Shown: positions 1 to 13,654 of the stretch, piece by piece
Numbering within the stretch: position 1 is the stretch's first letter
Layout: the number at the start of each line of letters is the position of its first letter
NCBI RefSeq assembly: GCF_006345805.1
Contig: NC_043015.1
Span: 20,584,001 to 20,648,000 of the forward strand
Length of the DNA: 64,000 nucleotides
Source of the DNA: Octopus sinensis
Taxonomy: Eukaryota
Direction of reading: 5' to 3'
Program-made: the position numbers and the translations under genes
The notes under the pieces: generated by a model
The model's input: only the letters and a program-made list of their open reading frames with translations
Database searches by the model: none
What the model was told of the DNA's origin: nothing

Positions 1-486
1 TTTTTATGGATTACGTCAAATAATAATCACAACAACAACAATAGCCACACAGCGAAAGCAACCGCACCAAAACCTGTTTAATTCCTGCATTGTGTATGAC
101 TTCTTAACGCAGCGTTTAGATTCTGCACAATACTAAAAGACCTAATAAACAATCTTAACATTGTGCTAGTTAATTCTGGCATTGAGTTAATTCTGTTTAA
201 ATCACTGTAATCTAGAAAATTCGGAGTCTTTTCAGAATCTGCAAGTCGACAGATTCTCTGCATCAATATATTTATGCAACTCCCAGTGTAATCAGAAATG
301 CAAAGCGCATACGAAATTTATAGCTAAATTTAATGCGGTTCATTTCATTTTTCTTCTGCCACCATATTCTTTACAACACACACACACATACGTTTGGGTC
401 TGTGTAAATATATGTATTTGCATAGGCGCACATATGTACGTGTGACACGAGTATACATACATATATAAGCGTATATACGTGTGTGT

Positions 487-540
487 AAATATACATATAC
501 ATATATATATATATATACACATATATATATATAAATATTA

Positions 541-592
<52 letters not shown>

Positions 593-615
593 ATATATAT
601 ATATATATACATATA

Positions 616-667
<52 letters not shown>

Positions 668-675
668 ATATATAC
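487..675. repeat. (TA)n microsatellite
   Basis: Near-pure TA array with sparse interruptions; source of the YI-repeat ORFs at 340-731. Confidence 0.97.
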
Positions 676-1103
676 GCGGTTGTATATGAGTTATATAGCT
701 CATAGATACGAATGCGTATAGAGATGCACATGTATTATCTCGCTCCTGGTGCGTATCTTAAACGTCGGCCACTCCAGAAAATGAATATTAAATTCACATT
801 TCTAATAATTTCCAACCAAGATTTTCTATTTATAAAGTTCAGTTTGCACAGCACATATTGACTAAACACAAATAGGCATGTAGAGACACATCACACACGC
901 ATATGTAGTATGCACATGCGCACACGCATATTTTTTGACCAGATAACACAAGTGTAGTGAGAGAATAGATGCCTCTTGCATTCGTTAGCAACAGGTTCGT
1001 AATCTGCGTTTGTGACATAAGTGATGCTACTTCATAGTCACGCACTAAGCCAGGGGCGTATAGTGAAATCTTTGATACTCTCTCCCTCTCCCCCGTCTCT
1101 CTC

Positions 1104-1192
<89 letters not shown>

Positions 1193-1266
1193 TATGTGTG
1201 TATATGTGTACATGTAAATATGTAAATACACATGTTTATTAATATTGTCCTTATTCCATACCGTTT

Positions 1267-1308
1267 GTCTGAAATCTTTCGTCACACACCTGTGACCTCC
1301 TCAGTGAC
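1267..1308 (-). ncRNA. Minimal type I hammerhead-ribozyme-like motif (PLE type)
   Basis: Minus strand reads GTCA-CTGAGGA-G-GTCACA(GGTG)TGTGAC-GAAA-GATTT-C-AGAC. It has an intact CUGANGA/GAAA core and a perfect 6-bp helix II. Helix III (AGATTT, one change from palindromic AGATCT) and helix I are imperfect. Confidence 0.65.
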
Positions 1309-1794
1309 TCTCCATGTCACGTGTTTCCGCCTGATCTATTTAGTCCATTTTGTCTTTCTATGATGTATATCCTGATCTGTGCATACGGTTCCGTCTGCAT
1401 CTGTGAGTGCGTGCGCGCGCGTTCGTTCTTTCGCGTGTGTACGTGTCGCTATCTCTTCTATATATGTGTTTTATGTGTGTGTGTGCATGGGTTTGCTTAC
1501 TATACCGTTTGTATCCATAACCTTTATTTATTTATTTACTTAATTATTTGTTTACTTGTCTCTCCTCCCCCCATTTCATCTTAAGTATATATCAGTGTGT
1601 ATTTTGTATATGTGAGTAGATGGGTTTATACTTCATGCTGTTTGTACCTGTTAGATTTCCCTCCCATTCTGTCTTTAGTCGACATGTTGCGTAGTGTGGT
1701 GGTGGTGGTGGTGGTGGTGGGGTGGTGTTTCTGTTCTATTCGTGTTTTCTGTTGAAGCTCGGTCTGTCTATTACTATGTGTGTGCCCTCTGTAA

Positions 1795-2170
1795 GCTGTC
1801 CTGATATCTTGCGATTTTTTTTTCTCTGGGGGCTATGTGAAGGACCTGGTCTATGTCTCCCCTCTTCCTGCAAACCTAGAGGAACTCGAACAGTGAATCA
1901 CTACCGCAGTGGAGACTGTTAACCAAGACATGCTGCAGAGTGTTTGGGAGAAACTGGACTACCGACTTGATGTGTACCGTGTCTCAGGCGGTGCGCATAT
2001 TGATCATTTGTGAAATCGTTCATGGAATCCACATACCTTTGAATTTCTCATTCAAATTTGGACGAATAAATCTTATGCTGCTCAGCATTAAACCTGTTTA
2101 GTTTCATTTCCTTTGTAGTTTCTGTGATATTCACATCTCAAATGATATCAATTGTTTTTTAAACACCCTG
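1795..2170 (+). mobile_element. Tc1/mariner transposase C-terminal remnant with right TIR
   Basis: After a frameshift, 1831-2013 reads GYVKDLVYVSPLPANLEELEQ*ITTAVETVNQDMLQSVWEKLDYRLDVYRVSGGAHIDHL*, preceded by PDI..CDFFLW. It ends AAACACCCTG followed by TA at 2171-2172. Confidence 0.85.
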
Positions 2171-2735
2171 TATAGTAATTTAATTTAGACAAATGTGTGC
2201 AATGTTTTACCAAAAAGGAAATCTATAATTATCACTAAATACATATATGTATATATAAATACAGGCATATATGTGCCTATATACATGCAGATGTTTTTAC
2301 ACAGACGCTCACACACGTATACAAGGAAGTATATATGTATATGAAAACATACAATATATTTGTATATAGTATGCATATGTTTGTGTATTTATCTCACAAA
2401 TCATATATATAATATATGTGAGTTCCTATATACACATTTCTGCTTGTGTACGTGCAAGTGTCCTATGCGGAAAATACTGAAGAGATTTCTACGAATGGTG
2501 CCACTAACATTAATGTTGAAAGTTAAATTCATTAAAGACTTTAGGCAATCTGAAAGATTTAGTTATAATGCCGATCTGAGTATGTTCAATAAGGAATTAC
2601 GGACGTTACTAATCCAATCCGATTGTCCTCAAAGCCCTTACCTTTTGATTAAGTGTTGCCACATGCTTAATAAATTGGCCGCTAATCTTCACTTAAATAT
2701 TTCATTTTTTAATTAAATGTATATTTCCCATTGCA

Positions 2736-2737
<2 letters not shown>

Positions 2738-2766
<29 letters not shown>

Positions 2767-2870
2767 GTTGTTGTTGTTGTTGTTGTTGCTGTTGTTGTTG
2801 TTGTTAGTATTGGTGTTGTTGTTATTGTTGCTGTTGTTGATATCATCACCATCATCATCATCTTCATCAC
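2738..2870. repeat. Compound (TTA)/(TTG)/(ATC) microsatellite
   Basis: Direct reading; explains the poly-Leu/Ser ORF 2717-2956. Confidence 0.95.
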
Positions 2871-3059
2871 CATTATTCGTTATTAACGACGGACGCAGTA
2901 TTCCTTTGGAATGGCATTTTGTGTACGTTACTCAATGTGGATATATCGTAAGATAGTTACACCATTGTGGTATCCCTCTATACGAGTTGCTTTCTCATCA
3001 CAAATACATCAGTGTTCAGGCTTTTCTTACGATAAACCCACATTATGTAAAATACACAA

Positions 3060-3630
<571 letters not shown>

Positions 3631-3636
3631 ACATTG

Positions 3637-3990
3637 TTATTACCTCTGCCTCAGCGGCGGCACTGTTTTCAATCGTGTTTGTTTGTTTGTCTGTGGACAA
3701 GATATCTCAAGAACTGGTGGATGGATTCGGATGAAACTTTCAGGGATGTTTGACTGGCACGAACTGATTTTGGGATCGATCCGGTACTGGACAAGGATTC
3801 TGGATTATTTTTCCTTTTTTTTTTTTGATTAATTTTTGAGAGTTGTCGGACTCATTTTTAGCATTCTCGTGTGTGAGAGCAGTCGAATTTATTTCAGATA
3901 TTCCTATTTTAAAAATAATCTCCGGCTAAACGTTGAGAGAATGTTGGTGGTGCCTTGGGGGAGGTTTGCGCTCTCTGAGTCCTCTTGCTA
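3637..3990 (+). mobile_element. Helentron-associated non-autonomous element (HINE/DINE-1-like)
   Basis: Starts TTATTACCTCTGCC, has a GTTTGTTTGTCTG microsatellite and the GATTCGGATGAAACTT motif. Ends with the inverted subTIR GGGGGAGGT plus a GCGCTCTCTGAGT tail, the layout typical of HINEs. Confidence 0.65.
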
Positions 3991-4185
3991 TTATTGTTTT
4001 GCTTCTCAGAACGATCGATCTTGTTTGCAGTGCTTGATTCTGTGAGAGCGGACAGCAGCCTGCTGTCAGCGGTCTCGCAGGATCTCTTTCCGCAAAGTAT
4101 AGGCTTTGGTACTTGGTTGTTAATTATCGTGGGAGACATTCAACATCCGAGTACCAATCTCAAAATCCTAACTGCCCCAGTTAAG

Positions 4186-4200
4186 ATCCTTCTTCTTCTT

Positions 4201-4231
<31 letters not shown>

Positions 4232-4255
4232 TTATTATTATTATTATTATTATTA

Positions 4256-4304
<49 letters not shown>

Positions 4305-4460
4305 GGTGGTGGTCTGACCGAATCGTTAGCATGGAGGGCAAATGTTATTTGCTGCATTTTGTCCGCCTTTACGTTCTGAGTTAAAATTCCGCCGAGGTCG
4401 ATTTTGTCTTTCATCCTTTCGGGGTCGATGACATAAGTTAAAGCCTTGTTCCTATATTCT
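4186..4460 (+). mobile_element. (CTT)/(ATT) array plus SINE family B copy
   Basis: Array 4186-4302 directly followed by AAGGTGGTGG..GAATCGTTAGC and GTTCTGAGTTAAAATTCCGCCGAGGTCG. Confidence 0.8.
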
Positions 4461-5279
4461 TCTTCTTCTTAAGATGATGATGATGATGTTAAACGAAGAT
4501 TAACTCTCTTTCTCTTATTTATCATTCCACACATACACACACACACACATACACACACACACAAGCACACAGATATAGAGCGTAGTCAATCAGTTTTCTC
4601 TACACATAAAATATTCCAGATGGTATAGTATTGTAAGATAAATCGATTTCTGTCTGAATAAGTGTTTGATATCTATCTTCATATGGATTAGAAATATTAG
4701 TATTTGAATAGTATGAGACAACGTTTATTACATTACGAATATTTCCCCTTTCCAAATTATTTATGATATTTAATAGTTAGCCCCATCTTGTTATCGTCTG
4801 TTCTTTTAGTCAACCGATCAATTGTAGTTAGGAAAGAGAAGTTTTAATTTTAAATTAATTTTGATTTTATTCCCAAGATGTAATCTTTCTCAAATTTCGT
4901 TTGCCAAAATTATCTGCCCTTTATATGTTAATAGGCCACCAGAAGGAGCCTTTTGTTCCCACTAAACATTTAAAGACATCCTCTTTGTTAAAAGAAATTA
5001 TTTCTTCACTACAATAGTTTGTATAACATTTATTGTTATATTTTCCTCTATTTTTAACCCGTGTCCAGATCCTTCCTTACTCATAGAATGTATGTATTCC
5101 TGTTTTAAATATATTCCATCTTAATTACTTCATATAATATTTTATCTTTCTTTAAATGTCAATTACGTCTTTGCTATAAATATCGTTTATGATTTTAGCA
5201 ATTTAACAGATTTAATATATTTTATATTTCCACTTAAATTCCCATATAAGATTATATTTTTTACTGCTTACTTGAATTA

Positions 5280-5665
5280 GTCTTTGAGCTGCAGCCATGC
5301 TGGGGTACCGGCTTGCGGGATTTGTTAAACAGATCGCCCCCAGCATTTAGTTTCTAAATCCGGCACTTACTCTATCGCTCGCATTTGCCAAACTGCTAGG
5401 TTACAGTGATGTAGACAAGCCGAGAAAAGTTGTGAAGCGAAGTTGGGAAAAGACAGACATACAGACAAATACACACATACACATACATACGACGAGTTTC
5501 CACAGAGTTTCCGTCTAACAAGTTCACCTACAAATCATTGGTCGAACCCGGACTATAACAAAGGATCCTTTCCGAGTGCCGCACACTGGAACTGAAACCG
5601 CATGGCTACAATGGTTACAATGCGAACTTCTTTACCACGAAGTTCTTAACCACAAAGCCATGCCT
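5280..5665 (-). mobile_element. SINE family A (tRNA head GGAGTGGCTGTGTGG, CORE-like centre), diverged copy
   Basis: Reverse-complement similarity to the full-length copy at 57250-57648. Confidence 0.75.
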
Positions 5666-6089
5666 GTGACTGAGAATTGTATATAAGCAAATTTATCACA
5701 AAATCTCGTTCAAAACGAATTTATCGCTCTTTATGACTTTACGTTAAATAATTCTAAGGAATAAGGTATCCGATGCTGTTCTGGCAGATTAGGTTAAAAA
5801 AAGCCAAATTGTTCTCGTAACGTTCTCGTTGTTGAAGCACCAGAACATTTTAAGCAATGTTTTTCCACCCGTCTCGGCCTTAGAGACTTTGAATATATGT
5901 ATTCGCCTCCTTCTCCAACCTTTCGTGAGGAACGCCACAAATATCAATCCGGGCCACGAAATTGCATATCCAGATGCCTTCTATTCAAGTGTTCCATTGA
6001 CTTTGTAATCCCGTAGGACCCAAATCTTCTTTAGGACAAGAATGCCATTAACTCCCAAAAGAGAAGAGCCGCCTACGACACGTTTTGTT

Positions 6090-6242
6090 TTTGGCACGAC
6101 AGGGCTGTTTCCATTATCGGCTGAAATTGCAATTGGTGACGGCGGAATCCAGTACTATATTGCTGAAGTTCGATGTCTGAAGACGCAGCTTCTAACCAAT
6201 TGCAATTTCAGCCGATAATGGAAACAGCCCTGTCGTGCCAAA
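6090..6242. repeat. Perfect 48-bp inverted repeat with 57-nt spacer
   Basis: 6090-6137 (TTTGGCACGACAGGGCTGTTTCCATTATCGGCTGAAATTGCAATTGGT) is the exact reverse complement of 6195-6242. Confidence 0.95.
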
Positions 6243-6744
6243 GCCATTCATTTTACTATTATTTTCGATAGGATTATCATAAAAACATGATTATTTCAAA
6301 AGGACTAGTTTAAATTACCTTATCATATAACTAGTAATATAACTAATTAAAACACAAACTTACAATTAAAGCAGCCAAAATTATAATTAGTTAATTACTA
6401 TAACATCGCTGGTGTCTCATTTATAAAAAGATCTTATAGCTAAAAAAACAGCTCTTTACAAATATAATTCTCCCTTTGTTTTAAATGTTAGATAATATTT
6501 TCAAGTTAATATATATATTAAACCTACGACCTACTCATAACCACTCTTACTTAATTAAACATTATTACTATAGTCTTTTTAAAGTTAATTAAACATACTC
6601 GTGTTTGTTTTTCTTTCAAACTGTATCCAATTTTGTATTCTTTACGCTTATCGGTTGCTGATGGTACATCTATTTTGCTGAAGTTCCTCGTATTCCCCAA
6701 CAATACTTGCCTTTCACCTTCATCCCAGGCTTTATACGATTGTT

Positions 6745-7145
<401 letters not shown>

Positions 7146-8560
7146 TTGTATTTTGTATGTACATAATAATGAAATGTTTTGCGGATTGAAGCTGCACACA
7201 TTTTTGAAGTGATATATCTATCTTAGAAAACACATGCACAAACACGCACAAATACGCGCAAACACCCACACACACATACACACAATATTTATATGTACTT
7301 ATATGTGTATAGGCTTGTATATGTGTACATATATACATACACATACGTATGTGTACGCATATATATCTATATATATTTATGCAAACAAACATAAATACAC
7401 CTATAGTATATACATATTTACAGCCTACATACACACATGCTAAAACATAAATATATTTCGTATTATCATTTACATCATTCAGCTACAGCTACTTGTCACC
7501 AATTAGAATAGACGAGAGCCATTCAGAGAAGAGCTGAGAATGTTGAGTGCGTCGAGAAAACAAAACCAAAAATCCAACCAACAAACAAAAAACCTATTTA
7601 ACTTCTTTCTTCAACACACTCGATGCCAACTTGAGAAACAATATTCTTCATTGATGATGTCCAATGTTATATCTTTTGTGTGTGTGTTTTTCTTTGTGTG
7701 TGTGAAATTTGTTTTATATTCGGGTTTTTTTCCTAAAGAGGTTCCATGAACTTCAGAAGAGTGCCATTGAGATTTCTATTCACAAGATTTGTATATTTAG
7801 AGAAGAAAAAAGAGAAATGCTTGTTTTCTTAAGCGAAAACATATTGAATGTTATATTTTAGAAAAATTTACAAATGTTAACGCATATTGTTTTTAAATTG
7901 AAGATATTCAAGCAAATAAATATATAATTTTTAGATATTGTTTTTATCTTGTTTTCCTTTCATCTAAATAAATAAATTGTTTGTTTATTTAAATACGTAA
8001 CTATCTGTCGTCTGTTTATCTATCTATCAATTATGTATATATCCATCTTTCTGGCTATATGTCTGTCTGCCTGTCCGAATGTATGCCTATCGATACATCT
8101 TCTCACCTGTCTTCTAAAAAGTATATCTAATTTGTTCATCCATCTTTTTATTCATCCATCCATCCAGCTAGCCGTTCGTCTATATGTCTGTGACTTCTTC
8201 TATGCAGTTATACATGTATCCACACAATATGCATCTATATATTCACTTACTATACGTGTGCGTATGCGTGCACGTCTGATTGTATACTATGTACAATACA
8301 CTACGCAATGGTGCATCTAAATATATTCTACAAACCGCTTCCCATCTTTCCGGACTCGATAAAATAAGTACCAATCAAATACTGGCTTCGAAGTAACCGA
8401 TTCCACCCTCTTTAAAATCTGCTTACCCTGTCCCAAAATTGGAAACAATTATTAAGGAACAGATGGAGTGAGCCACCATGAGGGAAAGGATCCCGGATGA
8501 ATTGTAAGTTATTGTCGGTAACTTCAAGTAGGTGTGAAAGGATAATTAGTTGGAGGAAAG

Positions 8561-8950
8561 CAGGGATGTTCCGCCTGGGTAGGCAAGGTAGCCAAGTGCC
8601 TATCCTGAATGAAATTGATCAATAGTTACATTTTCCTTTTATGGCAAAACATGCACCTAATTCAATAAAATTATAAAGGTTACTCTGATTACTATGCATT
8701 TCATTTTTTGAGTAGATTAGGTAGGCATAATTCGCCCCTGCTTTTCATTCTTAGTATTTAAGCTACGCATAGTGCTTCTGTAGTACACGTGCTGCGTACT
8801 TTCCTACAAGAATGTTTTCTTTACGGGCTATAAAGGTAGAAGTCAATCTGCCTTCAATGCGCCTGTGATCGCGTATTTTTTGTGTGTATGTTTTACTACA
8901 TAAACGTCACCAACTGCCTACCCTGAGTAATTACTCACGGCACGTGTCTG
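8561..8950. mobile_element. Probable hAT-type non-autonomous DNA transposon
   Basis: Imperfect TIRs CAGGGATGTTCCG / CAGACACGTGCCG (9 of 13 match). Repeated subterminal GGTAGGCA/TGCCTACC motifs. Flanking 8-mers GAGGAAAG and AAGTAAAG (6 of 8) fit a decayed 8-bp TSD. Confidence 0.55.
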
Positions 8951-9222
8951 AAGTAAAGGAAATGGTAGCCAAATCCATTGCACCAACTATGTATTTTACT
9001 CATATGATGATAAAACCTATCTGTAAGTAATCTTGGTAAAGTAATTGACTCAAGTCAATTATTTTGAGTGAACCAAACGAATCGCTTGATATGCGGCGAA
9101 ACGAACTTGAATCCTTTGAATGCGGATTCCATTCCGCTATATAATCGATAAGAAGAGACGGAAATAAGCTTTTCAGGAATAGCATTTGTGTGTGTGTTTG
9201 GTTTTGTTTATGTGTATATATA

Positions 9223-9271
<49 letters not shown>

Positions 9272-9293
9272 TATATATTAGTGTGTGTATAAA

Positions 9294-9345
<52 letters not shown>

Positions 9346-10355
9346 ATATATGTGTGTGTGTGTAAAGCCAGAAGTTGAATACGGACAATTTTGTTTGCAT
9401 TTTCAAACTAATTTCCAATCAATGAAATTTAAATTGGCCAAGAAAACGTTTAGGATTAAAAACTTCATCGAATTTATTTCAACATTGAGTAGGAAAATGT
9501 AAATTAAAAATACTCACATTTACATAAATCAATTATTCCTATAAAACCAAATTAAAATTAGTCATTTCCCCAACAAACTAATTTAAACTCTATAACAGTA
9601 AAATTTATACCATGATTGGTGTATATATCTGTACCTAATATATGTGTATAAACAAAATGAAACGTTTTACATACGGACACATCTATACTTACATTAGCAC
9701 ACTCAGACGCACGCACACTCACACACACATGCACACACACACACACATACACACACACACACTCATATATATATATATATAAATACGCATATCTACATAT
9801 ATGTATCTGTGTTTGTGCAAGTATGTATGAATGTATGTATACCGGTTGTCGAGCTGTGGTAGGGAACAAACACGAGCATAAACACACATATATTATATAA
9901 GCATATATAAATACCTACATATACGTGTATATAAATACACACACACACATATATATGTATGTATGCATTTTTCTAGATATCCTCATATATCCTCATAATA
10001 TATATTCTCATAAATATACAAACCTATACACCTATATATAATGTATAATCCCATATTTATGTATGCAGACAAATTTGTGAAGGTGTTTTGCAATGTCTGT
10101 AACTATTTATCTCCACTTTCGGACAAACGCATGCACTCATAGAGTCATGCATATTGAGACGCAATGCGAAAGACATCCTTCAGGACACAGCAACAAACAC
10201 AATCAGAAGACAAAACTGTATATAATGTCAGGGCGATCAATGAATATATCGTATTTAGCGAAGGCAAAATAATTAATCTTACCAAATGGACACCGCAATA
10301 GCATTGCGTTTAAAACGAGATGTGCGTACACCCAAACGCACATATACAATACTTA

Positions 10356-10422
<67 letters not shown>

Positions 10423-10451
10423 GTGTGTGTGTATAAATGTATGTATATATT

Positions 10452-10643
10452 CTTTTATTCTTATACTCTTTTCTGTCATTTGAATGCGGCCATGCTGGAG
10501 TACCGCCTTTAGTCGAGCAAATGGACCCCAGGACTTACGTTTTGTAAGGTAAGTACTTATTCTATCGGTTTCTTTTGCCGGAGCGGTAAGTTACAGGGAC
10601 GCAAACGCACCAGCGTCGGTTGTCAAGTGACAAACACACACAT

Positions 10644-10725
<82 letters not shown>

Positions 10726-10875
10726 TATATATATACGACGAGGTTCTTTCAGTTTTCCTCTGCCAAATCCACTCACAAGGCTTTGGTCAGCCCGAGGCTA
10801 TAGTAGAAGACACTTGCCCAAGGTGCCACGCAGTGGGACTGAACCAGGAACCATGTGGCTGATAAGCAAGCTATT
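10452..10875 (-). mobile_element. SINE family A with expanded internal (CA)/(TA) tract
   Basis: GCGGCCATGCTGGAGTACCGCCTTTAGTCGAGC tail and GTGCCACGCAGTGGGACTGAACC head match 57250-57648. Confidence 0.9.
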
Positions 10876-10967
10876 CTCCTCTCAACATGACTGTTCATCT
10901 ATTGAGCTTTATTATTTAAGCTTACGTTGATTCCTCTGTGATGTTGTTTTGTATTTATATTCAAATA

Positions 10968-11480
10968 TCAGGTCATCCTACAAGTTCTGTCCGAATTTTG
11001 AATAAAGAAGACAAGTGATCAAATGTTATACTTAATTGAAATTTAATCATCAATGTACCTTCTCCGATTATCTATGACTTCCTTCCGTCTCTTTACAAGC
11101 TTTTTAATCCCATCAATGTGAAGCTCTTTTGGTTTCAAAGCGAAGAGCTCTGAAATGTCAGTTTCGACCTCCTCCTGGCTCGCGAAAGTTATCTCCCCTA
11201 AATGATTCTATAAACTACGAAACAAATGGTAGTCTGAAGGAGCAAGGTCGGGAGAATAAGGTGAATGAGGAATTTTTTTCCCAACCAAGCTCTTTAATCT
11301 TCTGTGATGTGATCTTTGCAGTGTGAGGTCGCGCATTGTTCTGAAGAAACATCGCTCCTTTTCGATTCACTGAAGCAGGTCTTTTTTCTTCAAAGCTTGG
11401 TTCAAATGCTCTATTTGCTGACAGTAGACTTGAGGATTGAATGTTGCATTAGGTGGTAACAATTCAAAGTGAACCTTTTC
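10968..11480 (-). mobile_element. Mariner transposase remnant (catalytic and C-terminal region) with TIR
   Basis: Reads FELLPPNATFNPQVYCQQIEHLNQALKKKRPASVNRKGAMFLQNNARPHTAKITSQKIKELGWE, frameshift, PHSPYSPDLAPSDYHLFRSL*NHLGE..YIDD*. Terminal TCAGGTCATCCTACAAGTTCTGTCCG is flanked by TA at 10966-10967. Confidence 0.92.
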
Positions 11481-12008
11481 CCCATGACGTTCCCTTCTCG
11501 GTTATGCGCATACACACATATCCACACACACACACACACACATACAGATACTGCCACCTCGCTGCCTAGCACTAATAATATTAAAAGTTCTTTCCACTGT
11601 AGGCGCAAAGCCAGCAATTTTCGCAGGTGGGGACAAGTCGATTACATCGATCCCCCAGTGGTCAACGTAAGAGATGAAATGGCAATATTGATCTTGGAGG
11701 CATTTGGACTCAGAACGTATTTATTTTTACAACTATGAAACATAAAAAGAAATAAAATAAATAAATAATGAAAAGAATGTAAGGTGCCAATGATCCCAGA
11801 AGTGAAACTAGTTTCACAATAATAGGAAAATATGTTAGTAATTTAAATAGATTCAAGCGCAAAACGAAAAAAAAAAAGAGTGACGCAGTGTATATAAAGA
11901 AAACAATCAGAATAACAAGAATACTAAGAAATAAATAAAAGGAAAAAAACGAACAAGAATATGGTAAGAAGCGTTATAAAAAGTATAAAGAGGAATGAAA
12001 CTACTTAC

Positions 12009-12202
12009 ATTTCTTGTTTGGGAACTTCTGTCTTCGCAGAACAAGCGCAAAGTAATTTTGTTTGTATGTTTGTCTGCGTCGATTTTCTTTAAAAGTGTTA
12101 CATTTTCTGTACCTGGGTCGTATTTAACATAGACACTTTTTTCACTGTGTACTTGTTTTATAAGATTCCAGTCGCGGAATTTTACTTGGCCAATTACGGA
12201 AC
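12009..12202 (-). CDS. Internal exon (phase 1 to phase 0) of a cadherin-repeat protein
   Basis: Pyrimidine-rich acceptor ttttctatattcttcgccaacag|GT and donor AAT|gtaagt. The 194 nt encode (G)SVIGQVKFRDWNLIKQVHSEKSVYVKYDPGTENVTLLKKIDADKHTNKITLRLFCEDRSSQTRN. The GSVIG, LLKKIDAD and LRLFCED segments resemble a divergent first cadherin repeat with an F-strand Cys (Cad99C/PCDH15-like pattern). Assignment is by eye. Confidence 0.65.
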
Positions 12203-12492
12203 CTGTTGGCGAAGAATATAGAAAACGTAAATAATGGTACAAAAAAAAAAAGAAAGATAAAGACAACATAAAACGAATGGATATATAACAACAACATCAA
12301 CAACAAAAGTAACAATAATAATAACTAGTGGGACTCGTGGAAATTCCAGAGAACGTAAAAGGTTAAAAGAAGCTATTTAAGAAAGACTGGAAGATTTGCA
12401 TTTTTATCATTATTTTGCGAAGTTCTTTCACTTCCAGTCGCAATAATATATTATACGATCTTAAAATTTTCCTCTGCTAAGCACTTTATATT

Positions 12493-12544
<52 letters not shown>

Positions 12545-13004
12545 TCCACCTCTTCAATAAATTTTCTAACCGTGTAATTTCCCTCATCAGATCTTTAACA
12601 TTTCTCTCTTTCTCTTCCTCTCTCACTTCCACTAACCATAGGAGTGACAACATAATGCATCGGCTGGCTATCTGCTTTCTCACTCACTTACACATTTACA
12701 CTTCCTCTCCCTCTCCATCTCCCCTCTATAACAAATTAAAGCGTAAAGTGTGAATAAACAGGTAGAAGAATAATATAATAGATTTAGGTCTATAACACAA
12801 ATTCTTTTCATTATCAACACACCGCCACCATCTTTATCATCACCACTATAGTTTTCAGTAACAAAGTCCATTTCCTCCTCTCTCACTTTTACTCCACACC
12901 CCTTTCTAACTAAAGTATAACGAGTGAACGAACAAACAAATTATTATAAAGATGATTTAAGATTTTGGTAAGTCGATTACAGTGTTCAACTGATATTTAT
13001 TATA

Positions 13005-13130
13005 GCGACCCCAAAATGAAGAATGCAAAGTCAGCCGCGATGTAATTTGAACTCAGAACGTAAAGACAGACGAAATGTCGCTAGGCATTTTGCCTGGCAA
13101 ACTAACGATTTGGCCAGCTTGCCGTCTTAA
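13005..13130 (-). mobile_element. SINE family B 5-prime half
   Basis: ATTTGAACTCAGAACGTAAAGACAGACGAAATG..CTAACGATT..CCAGCTTGCCGTCTTAA is the reverse complement of the family head. Confidence 0.8.
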
Positions 13131-13654
13131 CAACAAAAATAACAGCAACAGCAAAAACATCAACATCAACAGAGGAAATAGGCAGAACTCCTAGTTTAGT
13201 ACAACTCCAGGATGAAGTATTATCAGGGGCAGTGGGGATATTCAGGAAGGCTCTTGCCATCTAAGATTACTTGTAGCTCGATGCTGAGAATTTTTTTCCC
13301 ACAGTTAAATCCGCTGTGCTTAAATGAAATAATAATCATAATCCATCCAACTAAGTCTCAAGGCTAGAAAGGTTGAGGGTAATTTTGAGGGGAAGTACGG
13401 GAGAGGACATTAACCACAGTGTTTGACTGATATTTGCTTTGAAGGCCATGGAAAGATGAAAGGAACTGTTGACCACAGCGGAACTTGAGCTTAGAATGTA
13501 AAGAGTCAGAAAACAGACAACAAAGCATTTTTTCCGACGTTAACAATTGTCAGGTCACCTCTCTCCAGGAATTGGCGTGCGACCGTGCTGGACCAGCGAT
13601 TTGAAGGGTTTAGTCGAACAAATAAAATCCGGTGCTAATTTATTTTTTAAAGTT

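Noticed and set aside
4590-4700. CR1/L2-like YEDR..L..RNRFILQYYTIWNIL on the minus strand
   Set aside because: Needs a frameshift and similarity is too weak to support without a profile search.
8472-8509. Perfect GCCACCATG followed by a GTAAGT donor on the plus strand
   Set aside because: Only nine codons and no other support; about one such hit is plausible by chance in 128 kb of strand.
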